A stretch of 64,000 nt of DNA. Origin: Podarcis pityusensis (Eukaryota). The notes under the pieces were generated by a model. The model was given only the letters and a program-made list of their open reading frames with translations, had not been told where the DNA came from and did no database searches. The translations under genes and the position numbers were made by a program. Positions 52,301 to 64,000 of this stretch are shown in pieces (positions within the stretch are counted from its first letter, which is position 1; each line of letters starts with the position of its first letter). The stretch lies in assembly GCA_964106645.2 (NCBI GenBank), contig OZ067053.1; one strand, 5' to 3'.

Positions 52301-55300
52301 AATTTAGATTTTGGAGCCATGGTGATTAGAGAAGTATATAAAATGGGGACAGGGCTTGCATGTTTGTTAATAGAAGGGATGGCTTGTCTCACTCTACAAA
52401 ATACAGTACCTGGCAATGTCATCTTTGTTGTTGGCATAATTTTCCATTTATGTGATGGGCTCAAACTATTATTGTAGGACTGTGAAATGGTTATAACATC
52501 ATTCCTTTCAACTGCTCATTTGATTCTGCCTTACTCTGGCCTCATCTTTTTGGAGACTAGAAGTGATGGGAGTCTTTACCACAATTCTGCATACTAATTA
52601 TTGGTTTTAGAACAGATTCAACATTGTATAACATGGTTTGATACGCTAGGGTAAGGACATCCATTTAGAACTGTTTCTTGCTGAAATCAGTGCTACTAGT
52701 TCAGGTGCAGCCATATTTAACCATGCTAGTAACCTTAATGCTTTCTGCATGTCTAAACAGGATCATCTTGCTGGTGGTGGGGTGGGGTTTGAACATTTTC
52801 CCCATTTGAAATTATATTGGTTGATGTTTCACAAGGGAATTTATATTGCCTCTTATATTGCTGTCTGCTACATATTCTTCCCTATTTCATGAGAAATTGA
52901 GATGCTGATCCTAATAAACAGTGAAATTAGAACATGCTGCCACTCCAAAGAGAAATATAGAGAACTTGCACATTCTTATCAGTGTTGTGTAAAAGCCAGC
53001 CCCATCTTGTATGCAAGCCCCTGCCCTACCTCTGGGTAGAGAGGGGGGTAGCATGCTAGGTCAGAGTGAAGGTGTTTGGAGGATTTCTGAGTGCTTTTGA
53101 GCAGTGTTGCCCAATGGGCACCTGCATGAGAATAGGTGGTTGGGCAACACTAGTCAGAGGTAGTGGCACCTCCAAGCAATGTTGCCCATCAGGAGAGTGG
53201 TTTGGCATAGCTTCAGGCTGCTGTGTCCAGTCTTCTGCACCCTTCTTTCCTGCTCCAGAACAAGAAAGGACAGCAAGGGGCAGAGGTTTACCTTTTTAGC
53301 TTGCATTGCTGGCTGTGTGTCATGCTTATCAGAGAACACCACACTTGCCATGGTAAGCAGGTTTGCAGAGGCTTGGTTCTCATGTACAAACTTCAGTCAA
53401 AGGTTTTCAGCTTAAGACTCTTTGCCTTATGGTGAGGATTTTTGTCTCAAGAAAGCATGCATAGTATTGTGTGGAGAGCTGTCCAATTTACTTTAATGTG
53501 ACCCATATTGCCTACATTTAGTAGGCAAGAAGTGAGCCATACTGTGAAAGTGGAGCTGTATCTATCCTTTCAGAAGACAAATGGACAGTAACAGGTAGGG
53601 GCAGGATTCCCTTAATCAAGACACCCTCCTGTCTAACTAGTTCCTAACCCTTACCCCTGTGGTAAAGGAGCTGTGGAGCAGTATTCTGTTAGAATGAAAG
53701 GTGCAATGAGTTATAAATGTGAATAGGAATAAATGAATTTTATTTGGTAAAAAGTGCATTATTCCTCCAGTGGGGTTACTATTTGCTTGTCATTGAGCCT
53801 CTTGCAGTGCTCTGAAAGGAGAAGTGCTTTGGGTTTTTTGGGGTTTTTTTGGCCTGAGCTAGATTTTAGTACAGGGTGTTCCATTGGTCCCGTACACACA
53901 TATGGCTAGCTATTTATACTAGAGACATAGGTAGAATTATTTGTTAGTGGACAGGACTGCCACATGCCACGTAACTTGTGACGTAGACAATGAGTTCATA
54001 TCTACATTTCCAAGATGAGGACTCTGTTCATTTCCAGATTCCTTATATAGGGAATTTCATATAGCTGTAATTTAGGAGACGGAAATGAAAGAAAATCAAT
54101 TTTAATAATACAGATGTTTTTAATTCTTCTTATGAAAGCTTTAGGAAAATCACATGCATTTTTGTATACAAAATTTCCTCATTTATATTTCTTCCTCAAA
54201 TTGAGTTAAATGTAGTAGAAAAACTGTGATGTTACTTCTTGGTTTGCACATTTGTAGCTGGTTGATTGTTGCATTAATTATGTCTCACACTGAGTAAGGT
54301 TTGCACCTCCCTTTGTTGGTCACTTATAGCACTCAAACCCTTCTAATTTTTTTCTTTGTGGAAGTTGCAATATCTTCTTCCCACAACAGGATGGCTTTGG
54401 GCTAATTTGCCTTCCACACTTCCACAGTGGATGCTGGGGAGCTAGAAGATATTTCTCTTTGCTCTACTCCTGCTTCCTACTGCATGCTGCCTCCAGTTTT
54501 CAGCAGGGCAGTTTCCATTGTCTTAGCAGCCAGATCATTCCTTCCCTAAGCAGTCACAGACTCAGGGAAGTTATAGCTGCATTTCTGATTCTCAGCTGAT
54601 GTGACTCTATGCAATGCAGGGATCCTTTTTCTCAGCCTGTGAAAGATGAATCAACTGGGGCTGTATATGTGTTCCAAGGTGCTAGGATTATGTTTTTATG
54701 AGCAATCACTGAAAAAGGGCTCAGAGGACATCCACAAATCCTCTGCCTCAGTAAATCTGATGGGCCTTAGGTCCCGTTCTTTAACGGCATTTATTTATTT
54801 ATTTCATAGCAAACTAACACAGCTGCTATTCTAGCCTCTTTTGAAGGCATAAAAATTGAAGGTGGCAGATCTGTGTAGGAATAAACATTATAAATTCTTA
54901 GTCACCCACACCTTAATTTTAAGTGCAAGAGAATTTTCCAGCCCTGTAATCTGTCATTATTATTGATGTTGCTTTGCGCTTATGATATGAATGTTGTCCT
55001 CTCAATACATAATGTAAAATCATTCCGCTTCTGCCTGAGGGTGGAGATACACTTGAATCATTGTCTGCTTCCTACGGTGTCCTTACTATGTTCATCAATG
55101 CAAGGCAGAGTTACTTTAAACCTCCAAATGGCTGATGAGGTGAAAAACTGTTGTTCATGTGTTCCATGTTCAGAGAGCATAGAGAGGTCTTTTGTCCTTC
55201 TATTGATTAATGGAATGGAAGTTCCAATGTTGAAAGACTAGTTTCTCTGCAACCATAAGGGCCCAGAGAGTCTTTTGGCTTTTGTAATAGATATGGGTGA

Positions 55301-55381
55301 AACTTGTACATATGGTATGGTTTGGAGGATGGTATATTTGGCCCCCAAAACTTGTCTTAATATCTCTATGTGCATTTGCAG

Positions 55382-56038
55382 GTGACTGAGCTGAATGAGC
55401 CCCTCTCAAATGAAGACAGGAACCTGCTGTCTGTAGCATACAAGAATGTAGTTGGTGCCAGGCGATCTTCCTGGCGAGTCATCAGCAGCATAGAGCAGAA
55501 AACCATGGCTGATGGGAATGAGAAGAAGCTGGAAAAGGTTAAAGCATACAGGGAGAAGATTGAAAAGGAGTTGGAGACAGTGTGCAATGATGTTTTGGCC
55601 CTGCTAGACAAGTTCTTGATCAAGAACTGCAGTGACATTCAATATGAGAGCAAGGTCTTCTACCTGAAAATGAAAGGTGATTACTACCGCTATTTGGCAG
55701 AAGTCGCTGCAGGTGAGAAGAAGAACAGCGTTGTGGAAGCATCAGAGGCTGCCTACAAAGAAGCCTTTGAAATCAGCAAAGAGCACATGCAGCCCACGCA
55801 CCCAATCAGGCTGGGGCTGGCACTCAACTTCTCCGTCTTCTACTATGAAATCCAGAATGCCCCTGAGCAGGCCTGCCTTCTAGCCAAACAAGCCTTTGAT
55901 GATGCCATTGCGGAGCTGGACACACTCAACGAAGATTCCTACAAGGACTCCACGCTTATCATGCAGCTCCTTCGAGACAACCTCACTCTCTGGACAAGTG
56001 ACCAGCAGGATGAGGAGGCAGGGGAAGGCAACAATTGA
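55382..56038 (+). CDS. YWHAH: 14-3-3 protein eta, exon 2: [32 protein letters not shown]...EEAGEGNN* (247 aa in total)
   Basis: ttgcag| acceptor; ORF 55370..56038; two-exon structure and DEPDC5 synteny fit YWHAH. Confidence 0.98.
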   Translation: MTELNEPLSNEDRNLLSVAYKNVVGARRSSWRVISSIEQKTMADGNEKKLEKVKAYREKIEKELETVCNDVLALLDKFLIKNCSDIQYESKVFYLKMKGDYYRYLAEVAAGEKKNSVVEASEAAYKEAFEISKEHMQPTHPIRLGLALNFSVFYYEIQNAPEQACLLAKQAFDDAIAELDTLNEDSYKDSTLIMQLLRDNLTLWTSDQQDEEAGEGNN

Positions 56039-56717
56039 AGAGCTCCCCAGATCACGGCTTCCCATCAACCACCACCTCATCACCATCACCAATACTTCTT
56101 TGCCACGATCACACTATGTATTTAGTGCTAAGCATAAATGTATTGTTGGCACAGCTGTGAGGTCTGCCAGATGCTGCTTCAGATGGGGCTTCATGGGCAT
56201 TGCTGGACTAAATGGTGTATCAGCCCTGTTTATCATAGTGGCATATTGTGCAGGAAGAAACTTAAAATGAGGCATTTTAGTTTCATTTGATTCATATTAT
56301 ATGGGTTAATAAAAGAATGGAAATGATTTAGGAGAATTGATCGAAAATTGAATCTTTAAATTTTCTGCTTGGAGTGGATTATGTCAGTTCAGCAGTACAT
56401 CTTATACATGCAAAACATGGAAGTGGCTCTAAGCAGATGTGAACTGATTTTGTCCTGTTCATCAATTTTAAAATGTGAGGTTCTATAACAATCTGTGTTT
56501 CACTCTTTATGTGCACAGACTTGGTTTCAGGCAATGCATCTTGAGGTTTTGATTTTGATACTTGTAAGCTTTTTTTGCAGTTTTGAAGAATCATGATTTA
56601 TTTTTTGTAAATTCTTTGGCTGTTCAGTTGCCTGTGTATTCTGACAGCGCAGTGTCAATGTTAGCCGATGTTAAGATGGATGATGAGATGCCAGACTTCT
56701 AAATTAAGTGTTTTGGA

Positions 56718-56732
56718 ATTAAAGAAAATAAA
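56718..56732 (+). terminator. YWHAH polyadenylation signals ATTAAA / AATAAA
   Basis: About 680 nt after the stop, with GT-rich sequence downstream (56763-56780). Confidence 0.7.
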
Positions 56733-58272
56733 CTGCTGCTTGGGGGAGATAAGTTGTAAGAAGTTGTGTGTTTGTTTGAGAGTATTTAAACCCACCCACT
56801 AACCAAAGTTCTCAAGGTGACTTACAAAGTACAATGAAATAGGAATTTCTAGAGAGGGGCAAAGGTATATTCAGATTTACCTGCATTCCTCAGATGTTCC
56901 TTTTGCTGCTGCTGAATCTCTGGGCCACAGCATGTCTCAGAGGAAATCGCCATCACCTCAAAAAGGATGTTAGCCTCTCAAAAAACGGGCTTCTTAGTGA
57001 TTTGTCACAGCTTCTGCTGGCAGATACAAGATGGAGCAAATAAATTTACAAGATTCAGTTCTCAAATATTTACAAAATAATACTTCCAAGGTGTGTAATT
57101 ATAGGAATTAAATAAGCTCGTTAAACCTGCAAGCCCCTTCTCACTGATTAGCTGGGTTCCAGTAACAGGGAAATGCAGAGTGAATATTTTGCCCCAGTTG
57201 CAATGAATGCCTGACTGATTTTACTGCTTGTGGATGAGGCATGAGGTTTTCTTCTGTCCCATGGGTGCCATAGAACTCTGCTGGTATGCCAACCTTACAC
57301 AGCTTCACTTTAAAGTATGACCAATTGCATAAGATCCCACCCTTCTTTTTGACCTAGTTACCTACTGGAGTATCACATTCTGGAAGTTAAGGGCAGATTC
57401 CTGGAACATTCCTTTGTTGGGAACAAGAGATAATAATATAAAAGTCAGTTCCTTATCATACATGTCACACGTGCACTTCAGAGGTGGAGCTCTCCCAGGC
57501 TGCAGAGAGATCTGGCCCGACACAATTGGAGTATCATGAGGAGGCTAGCATAGCAACAAGAAATGAGAATCTGCCCAATGAGGCTGCCTGAAGACTGAGC
57601 AGACATAAATTCCTCCTCCTAGCCTGGGATATTCCTAGTGCCCTTCACATGAGGTCTTTCCTGAATTTAGTCCACCTCTACCATTGCCAAATCAGGTCCT
57701 ATTGGTGGTGGTGGGGACTCTTGATTTGAACTGGGGGTGGTTAGTTTTTTTAGAATGCTGCTCAAGTGTTTTAAGACATGAGACACAACCATTCTGCCAT
57801 AATAATTGTTATTATTATTATTTATTGAATTTATATACCACCCTATACCCGCAGGCCTCAGGGCAGTTCACAGAATAAAATCAGAATATAAAACCACTAA
57901 ATAAAACATAATAAAGATAAAAACAACAAGCCAATCCCCCCAGCACATTTTAAAAGGGCATAGGCTACAGAAGCCCAGTCCTTAATTTCTGACAAGTGGA
58001 TATGAAGGGGTTTGGGGCCATATGTTTAGAGTTGCAACAATTCCACTGCATGCTTAAAAAGGCCCCAATGCAGCCTGGCTGTGACAGGAGTTGTAGTCCA
58101 CAACATATTGAGGGGACCCAGTTGAGGAAGGCTTCCCAAAATTTTGGAAGCAAAGCTTTATTGGTTTAAAATGTTGAGTTACCATAAAAAGTCTGAGTCT
58201 GAAGCTCTGGGAACTGCATTCGGGCTGACTTGGGGAAAGGGCTGTAACTGTCATGGAGCACCTGCTCTGCAT

Positions 58273-58787
58273 GTTTGTTGTTGTTTAGTCGTTTAGTCGT
58301 GTCTGACTCTTCGTGACCCCATGGACCAGAGCACACCAGGCACTCCTGTCTTCCACTGCCTCCCGCAGTTTGGTCAAACTCATGCTAGTAGCTTCAAGAA
58401 CACTATCCAACCATCTCGTCCTCTGTCGTCCCCTTCTCCTTGTGCCCTCCATCTTTCCCAACATCAGGGTCTTTTCCAGGGAGTCTTCTCTTCTCATGAG
58501 GTAGCCAAAGTATTGGAGCCTCAGCTTCAGGATCTGTCCTTCCAGTGAGCACTCAGGGCTGATTTCATTAAGAATGGATAGATTTGATCATCTTGCAGTC
58601 CATGGGACACTCAAGAGTGTCCTGCACCACCATAATTCAAAAGCATCAATTCTTCAGCAACCAGCCTTCTTTATGGTCCAGCTCTCACTTCCATACATCA
58701 CTACTGGGAAAACCATAGCTTTAACTATAAGGACCTTTGTTGGCAAGGTGATATCTGTTTTTTAAGATGCTGTCTAGGTTTGTCATG
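58273..58787 (-). mobile_element. BovB (RTE) LINE 3' fragment
   Basis: RREDSLEKTLMLGKMEGTRRRGRQRTRWLD...HGVTKSQTRL; (CAA)n tail. Confidence 0.9.
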
Positions 58788-61700
58788 GTCCCACATCCAA
58801 TCTGCAGACAGGGCTGGGAGAGAACCCATCTGAAACTTGGGTGATCTGCTGCCAGTCAGTGTAGACAATACCGAAGTAAATGGACCAAATATAAAGCAGC
58901 TTCCTGTGTTCCTAAGACAATGCTGTTGCTCAATAAATAGGAAACCTGCTTTTCATTTTCCATCTCTTTGGCCTGAGCAGAGCAGGAATCAGGAGTGGAA
59001 TGTTAATTTCCTAGGAGAAAAACACTCTCTTTAATGAAGGAAAAGCAAAACCTTCAGCAGAGGTTATTGATTGGTGTTAAATCTTTTACAACGGCTTGTT
59101 AGCTAAAATAAGTCAATGCTATCTCACCCTATTTTGAGGTTATTTAAAAAAATCTCAAGTAGTAACATAATTTTTGGGGTGGGGGGGGATCTCTTTGCCA
59201 CAACCAGAAAGGTTTTCATTGTTGTCTAAAGACAGAAAGGCAGGTATGTCTGGGACTTATGGTACTATGGATAGTCATGGGACAAACCCACCTTTTGGTC
59301 AGAGTTCATTGCATGGCAAATCGTGTTCTTGATTTTAATGCTTCTGAATTCCACTCAGTGGCGAAGAAGCTTTCATAGAGTCATGTTGCTGGTACGTAAG
59401 GATGAATGAATGCCCATAACTTTTTTCATTAGTTTGATGAGCACCCTAGGCAGGCAGTTAAATATCCCTCCTAGAATGGGTGGGGTTATGTTTGCACCAT
59501 TCCTCTGGGCATTAATGCACAGTCTTCTGAGTTCTGGTCAATGTCTGCAGGAGAAGCACAAGCACATCTCAGCAACTGGTCCTGAAGATCCTTCCTGGCC
59601 CCTAGGAGTAGAGGCAAAGTGGAAGTGAGAGGGTTGGGGTTGAGCCAGGGGAGACCATGATGGCTAGGTTTGGAGAGACCAACAGATTCCAGAGTTTTCA
59701 TAGACCCCAGGCATGAACATCTGAGATAGATTGTGGTTTTGTTGGTGTGACCGAAAAATACTACCAGGCTAGTAACTACCCTGCTGGACTATGGAGGTTC
59801 TGGTGAGCGAGGAGTAGAAAGAACCTCTCGACTCTGCAGCTAAACACCTAATTCTAACAGTGCTCTTGCTTATGCGCTCAGCAGGTTCCCACAGGCTTCC
59901 AGTTGCCTCCCGGTGCTAATCAAAATTCATCCCTTAAGTTTTGCCCATTAATTTATGTATTAAACTTGTTTGGTATGTGAAGCATGTAATATATTCTTCT
60001 GGATGTTACTGAACCAGCTGTAGAGAAAACCAGCCTTCAGGGTGTGCTGCAAGTGAGCAAGTATTCCCAAACACAATTGCTTAGAGAACAACAACAACAA
60101 TTATGGAAATTACAGAGGGCAGGAAGAGGACATTTGTTTCAAAACCAAACAGGGCCGCACAATGATTAATTCTTCAGCCGGGCCAAGGGATATGTTAATT
60201 CCTCCTGGCAAAGATGCATGATGATCCTTCCCTCTTGATGCCTTACAAACCTTGTTTGTTAGCTCTTCTTCATCCTCCCTTTCCCTGTTTCCATCTCTCC
60301 CCCTCCCCTCCACATCAGTCCCTATTTACTTTAGAGTATATTTTCCCCTTGACTTTCATGGAGCATCTCCATGGCAACACCATGATGTCATTGCACTAGC
60401 AACTGTTGCCTTGGAGACAGCATGACGTGGTTGCACTGAGGAGTGTTGCTAGGGTTACGGAGCCAGCTTGCTGAGGAAGTAATGATATCCAACCCGTGTC
60501 CAGAGATGTTCCTGTTCCACGGGGGGGGGGGGGGAGGAGATGCACACAACAGAAATAAATCATTTGATGTAGGAGGGACCTGTCAAAAAATTTTAATTGC
60601 CTATTCTGTCTCCTTTAGACTGCTCACGCTATGTGTAGAGAAAGACTGGCTGTTCTAAAGCAGCAGCCATCCGCAGTGTTGGATAGCAGATTCTGTTTGA
60701 GATGAGATGGTTCCTTATGGTGGTGGCTTTCAAACCACCTTTCTTTGCCTAGTTTTTTCCGTCAAGGATGAATCTCAAACTGGATTGTGTACATCTCTAT
60801 TGGTGATAAATTAGATGCCAGCTGGACATTCTACATGGAACATTGTACACTCTGCTCCATGTTACAGAGGCCTGGCTGGTCTCAGCTGGAAGCTGGGCAT
60901 TGAATGCCACTGGTCCCATGCTATGGAACACTCTTCCAACAGAGATGCAGCAGTCATCCTCACTTTTAACTTTCAGGTGCCTCAAAGGCTATTTTAAAAG
61001 CCAACAGGCCTTTGCAGCAGTTTAATTTTTATTTTCAATTAGTCCATCACCTTAATGATTAACTGTATTTAATTGTTTTATAAAAGTGGTGCTTTATGTT
61101 TTAACATGGTACACTGCCCTGATATTATAGGATTTGGTGGTACGAAATAATTTTTATTTAAGCATCTTGGCGTCCTCCTGAACCCAAAATATTTACATCT
61201 TGCAATTCCCCAGTGACTCTGCTGGAGGCAGTAAACCCTTGCAGATGGAGGATGCTCTTGCCTGTGGAGTTTCTAAAAGAAGCAGCAAAGTGGTTTGCAA
61301 TCTTAAGATCTTTCCATTTCCCTGTGAAAGCATATCACTGCCTTGTCTTTGTTGGGGAGAGGGTGAGCTGCCGGCCAGTTTAATGCAACTTCTCTGTTTA
61401 AATCTTCTTTTTTCTTGCTTTAAACACTTCTAAACCATGCCAGGTAACATGTCATCATTCACCATGTCTTAAGAACTCCCAAAGAGCCTGGAGATAGGTG
61501 AAGCTGAATAGTGCGGCCATTCTGTCCTGAACTGTCTTGCTGTGGCCCAGATGCCACTTCTTCCAAGCCCACACAAACAAGCCCTCTCCCACTTGTGATT
61601 CTCACCAGCTGGTATTCAAAGGCATACTGCCTCTGAGGCAGAGGTAGAAAGTAGCCACTGTGGTTAGTAGCCAATGGCTAGTAGCCATTGATAGCTAAGA

Positions 61701-61828
61701 GCAATTGTGCTGGATAAGATCAGTGGCCCATCTAGTCCAGTATCCTGTTCTTACAGTGGCCAACCAGATGCACCCTCTCCTCCTGTGGCTTCCAGCAATT
61801 GGTACTGCCTCTGACCCGATGCCTTTCT

Positions 61829-61973
61829 TCCAATTGAACTGCAGAAGGATTAAAGATGATCTCTGCTCCATTCAGACTGTACATGAGCCAATTGAGGGGA
61901 TGATGTCGCCCATAGCAAATGTTTACGGCAATCTTCCCAAACTGAGTCTGGAACACCGGGTGCCCCATGTCCC
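61829..61973 (-). pseudogene. UPB1: UPB1 (beta-ureidopropionase) coding fragment [44 protein letters not shown], without splice sites
   Basis: ORF 61732..61968; near-identical to recalled UPB1 sequence around the catalytic Cys (NICYGRHHP); truncated at both ends and abutting an RTE LINE. Confidence 0.85.
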
Positions 61974-62677
61974 AGTGTTTGAGGACCAGGACATTTGCAG
62001 GGAAACCAAAATGCTTGTTTACAAAGCTATTGTCTTACCAACCTTACTGTATGCTTGTGAAACATGAACCACTTATAAACACCATTTCCTCCTCGAAAGA
62101 TTCCATCAACGGTGTCTTCGAAAAATGTTACACATCACCTGGGAAGACAGGCGAACTAATACCAGTGTACTGGAAGAAGCAAAGATCACCAGTGTTGAAG
62201 CAATGATTATTCAACATCAACTTCGTTGGTCTGGTCAGGTTGTGTGGATGCCTGATTATCGTCTTCCAAAGCAACTACTCTATCCCCAACTTAAAAATGG
62301 AAAGCGTAATGCTGGTGGTCAACAAAAGAGGTTTAAAGACTGTCTCAAGGCAAATTTTAAAAAATGTAGTATAAACACCAACAATTGGGAAACACTTGCC
62401 TGCAAGCACTCCAACTGCAGAACAGCCTTTACCAAAGGTGTCATGGGCTTTGAAGACACTCAAACTCAGGACGCAAGGAGGAAACGTGCTAAGAGGAAGG
62501 CACGCTTGGCAAATCTACACCATGGTCAACTCCCACCCAGAAACCAATGTCTCCACTGTGGAAGGATGTGTGGATCCAGAACTGGCCTCCACAGTCATTT
62601 ACGGACTCATTGTTAAAACTGTGTTTATGGAAGACAATCTTACTCAGCTACGAGTGATCGCCAAAGAAGAAGAAGAA
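61974..62677 (+). mobile_element. 5'-truncated RTE-clade LINE (RTE-1-like), ORF C-terminus with Cys/His finger and (GAA)n tail
   Basis: ...[14 protein letters not shown]...RWSGQVVWMPDYRLPKQLLY...CLHCGRMCGSRTGLHSHLRTHC; gaagaagaagaa tail. Confidence 0.9.
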
Positions 62678-63434
62678 AGGTATATTGTGTACACAGCTTC
62701 AGCTTATTACTAGGACAAAAGTGGAAATAGCTAGAGGTGGAGAGTCTACTGCTGTGGTAGACACCTCTCCACATTTGGTTCCATAAACTCGTCTCCAGTG
62801 CCCTCTACCGTAAAAAAGCATTATTCAGAATAGTTATTTGCACAACCTACTAAGAAAGATAACACAATAAAATTCAGCAAAGAGTATTGCATGAAAATTA
62901 TTTTTACACATTCTTATTAATGAAAACATAAGAGCGAAGAACTTATCTCTATCACTATTTACGAAACATGCAGAAACCTTCACCTACCACAAATGTGCAT
63001 CAACTAATTTATAAGAAAATCAATAGCTATTACTAATAATTGGCTATCTTGTGACAACCCAGAATTGTAAATGCAAACAGATATGACCAAAGGAAATAAC
63101 TTGGAAAGAGATAAGAGCAATAAAACTATAAATAAAAGCAAGAAAGGTGTTTTGCTCTAGGCTGTAGCCTGGTCAATTAAAAAAGAGCGATCAAACATGC
63201 TTGGAGGGCTCCGGTCTACTGACTGCTGTACAGGCTAAGATGTGGGGCATAAGAGGTTCAGCAGGGCCACAAGGGACACCTGAGATGCACCGGGGGGGGG
63301 TGTGCTTGGATGCAAACAAGTGCATATTTATTTAAATAAATCTCCCAGTTACTTTGGTTACAGTATTATTATTTTTTTAATTTTTACAAACAGCAATAAT
63401 GTTGTGGGTGGCTTCATATCTGTGGACTTGGAAC

Positions 63435-63838
63435 TCATACCATTAAACTGATCAAAGTACTCTCAGAGTAGCACAGAATGTCCTGGCATTCCCCTCCTTT
63501 CAAGTCAACCTCATGATCTCTTTCCAGATTGTGGCCATTGCTGAACAGGAAGGGCAACTTTATATGGGAAGCCTCCGACTTAAGGTGGCTACCAAATTTC
63601 TCCTTTGGGAGCAACACAGAAGCTGGGAAATGGTGGTGCCGGCCACAGCATCCTTCTGGCAAAAGCCTGGAGAGTCCGGGACAGGGTGCTCCCTTGCAGC
63701 GGTGGGGAATATCTCTGGCCAATCTCCAGATGTTGTTGTACTCTAGGTACCAGCAGCCAGCATGGCTAATGTCCAGGGATGAGGGCGGGAATTGCAGACT
63801 AACAGCATCTAAAGAGCCACAGCTTAGTCCCTCTGGTT
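63435..63838 (-). CDS. Candidate terminal coding exon of an unidentified - strand gene (EPEGLSCGSLDAV...CYSESTLISLMV*)
   Basis: Strong acceptor cctactccctttctaccactttctgttgccatag|; 133 open codons to TGA; AATAAA on - at 63327-63332. Confidence 0.5.
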
Positions 63839-64000
63839 CTATGGCAACAGAAAGTGGTAGAAAGGGAGTAGGCATCATGGATTTTTAAAACAGTCCCATC
63901 CCATAGTGCAGTTATGCACAAGAAAGGTTCTTGACATGCTCTTACCAGGTCAACCAGGGTGAAAGCCTTGTTGCTTGCTTGCTTTCCTGGCAAGGCCCCA

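Noticed and set aside
61732-61968. Functional UPB1 gene or exon at this locus
   Set aside because: Truncated at both ends, no splice sites, and no neighbouring UPB1 exons seen in the window.

Overview
Vertebrate genomic DNA, almost certainly a squamate and probably a lacertid lizard, judged from the Sauria SINE, BovB, RTE and Tc1/mariner MITE content. The + strand carries the 3' part of DEPDC5 (GATOR1 subunit): 28 coding exons from 48 to 37005, about 1,248 aa, all with GT-AG sites and consistent phases. It then carries the complete two-exon YWHAH gene (14-3-3 eta, 247 aa; 49220..49306 + 55382..56038) behind a CpG-island promoter. DEPDC5 introns are crowded with young, often nested, transposable elements, whereas the YWHAH intron appears almost free of them. 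The most notable unexplained items are: (1) a nearly intact UPB1 (beta-ureidopropionase) exon fragment fused in antisense to a 5'-truncated RTE LINE at 61829-62677; (2) signs of unannotated spliced transcripts between DEPDC5 and YWHAH, namely a GC-box/TATA/Inr/donor promoter on + and a phase-compatible exon pair on -; (3) a probable terminal coding exon of an unidentified - strand gene at 63435-63838; (4) a 44-bp tandem duplication that copies a DEPDC5 splice donor; (5) a MEF2-CRE-MEF2 cluster in the YWHAH promoter. All gene and repeat identities come from recalled sequence similarity; no database search was run.
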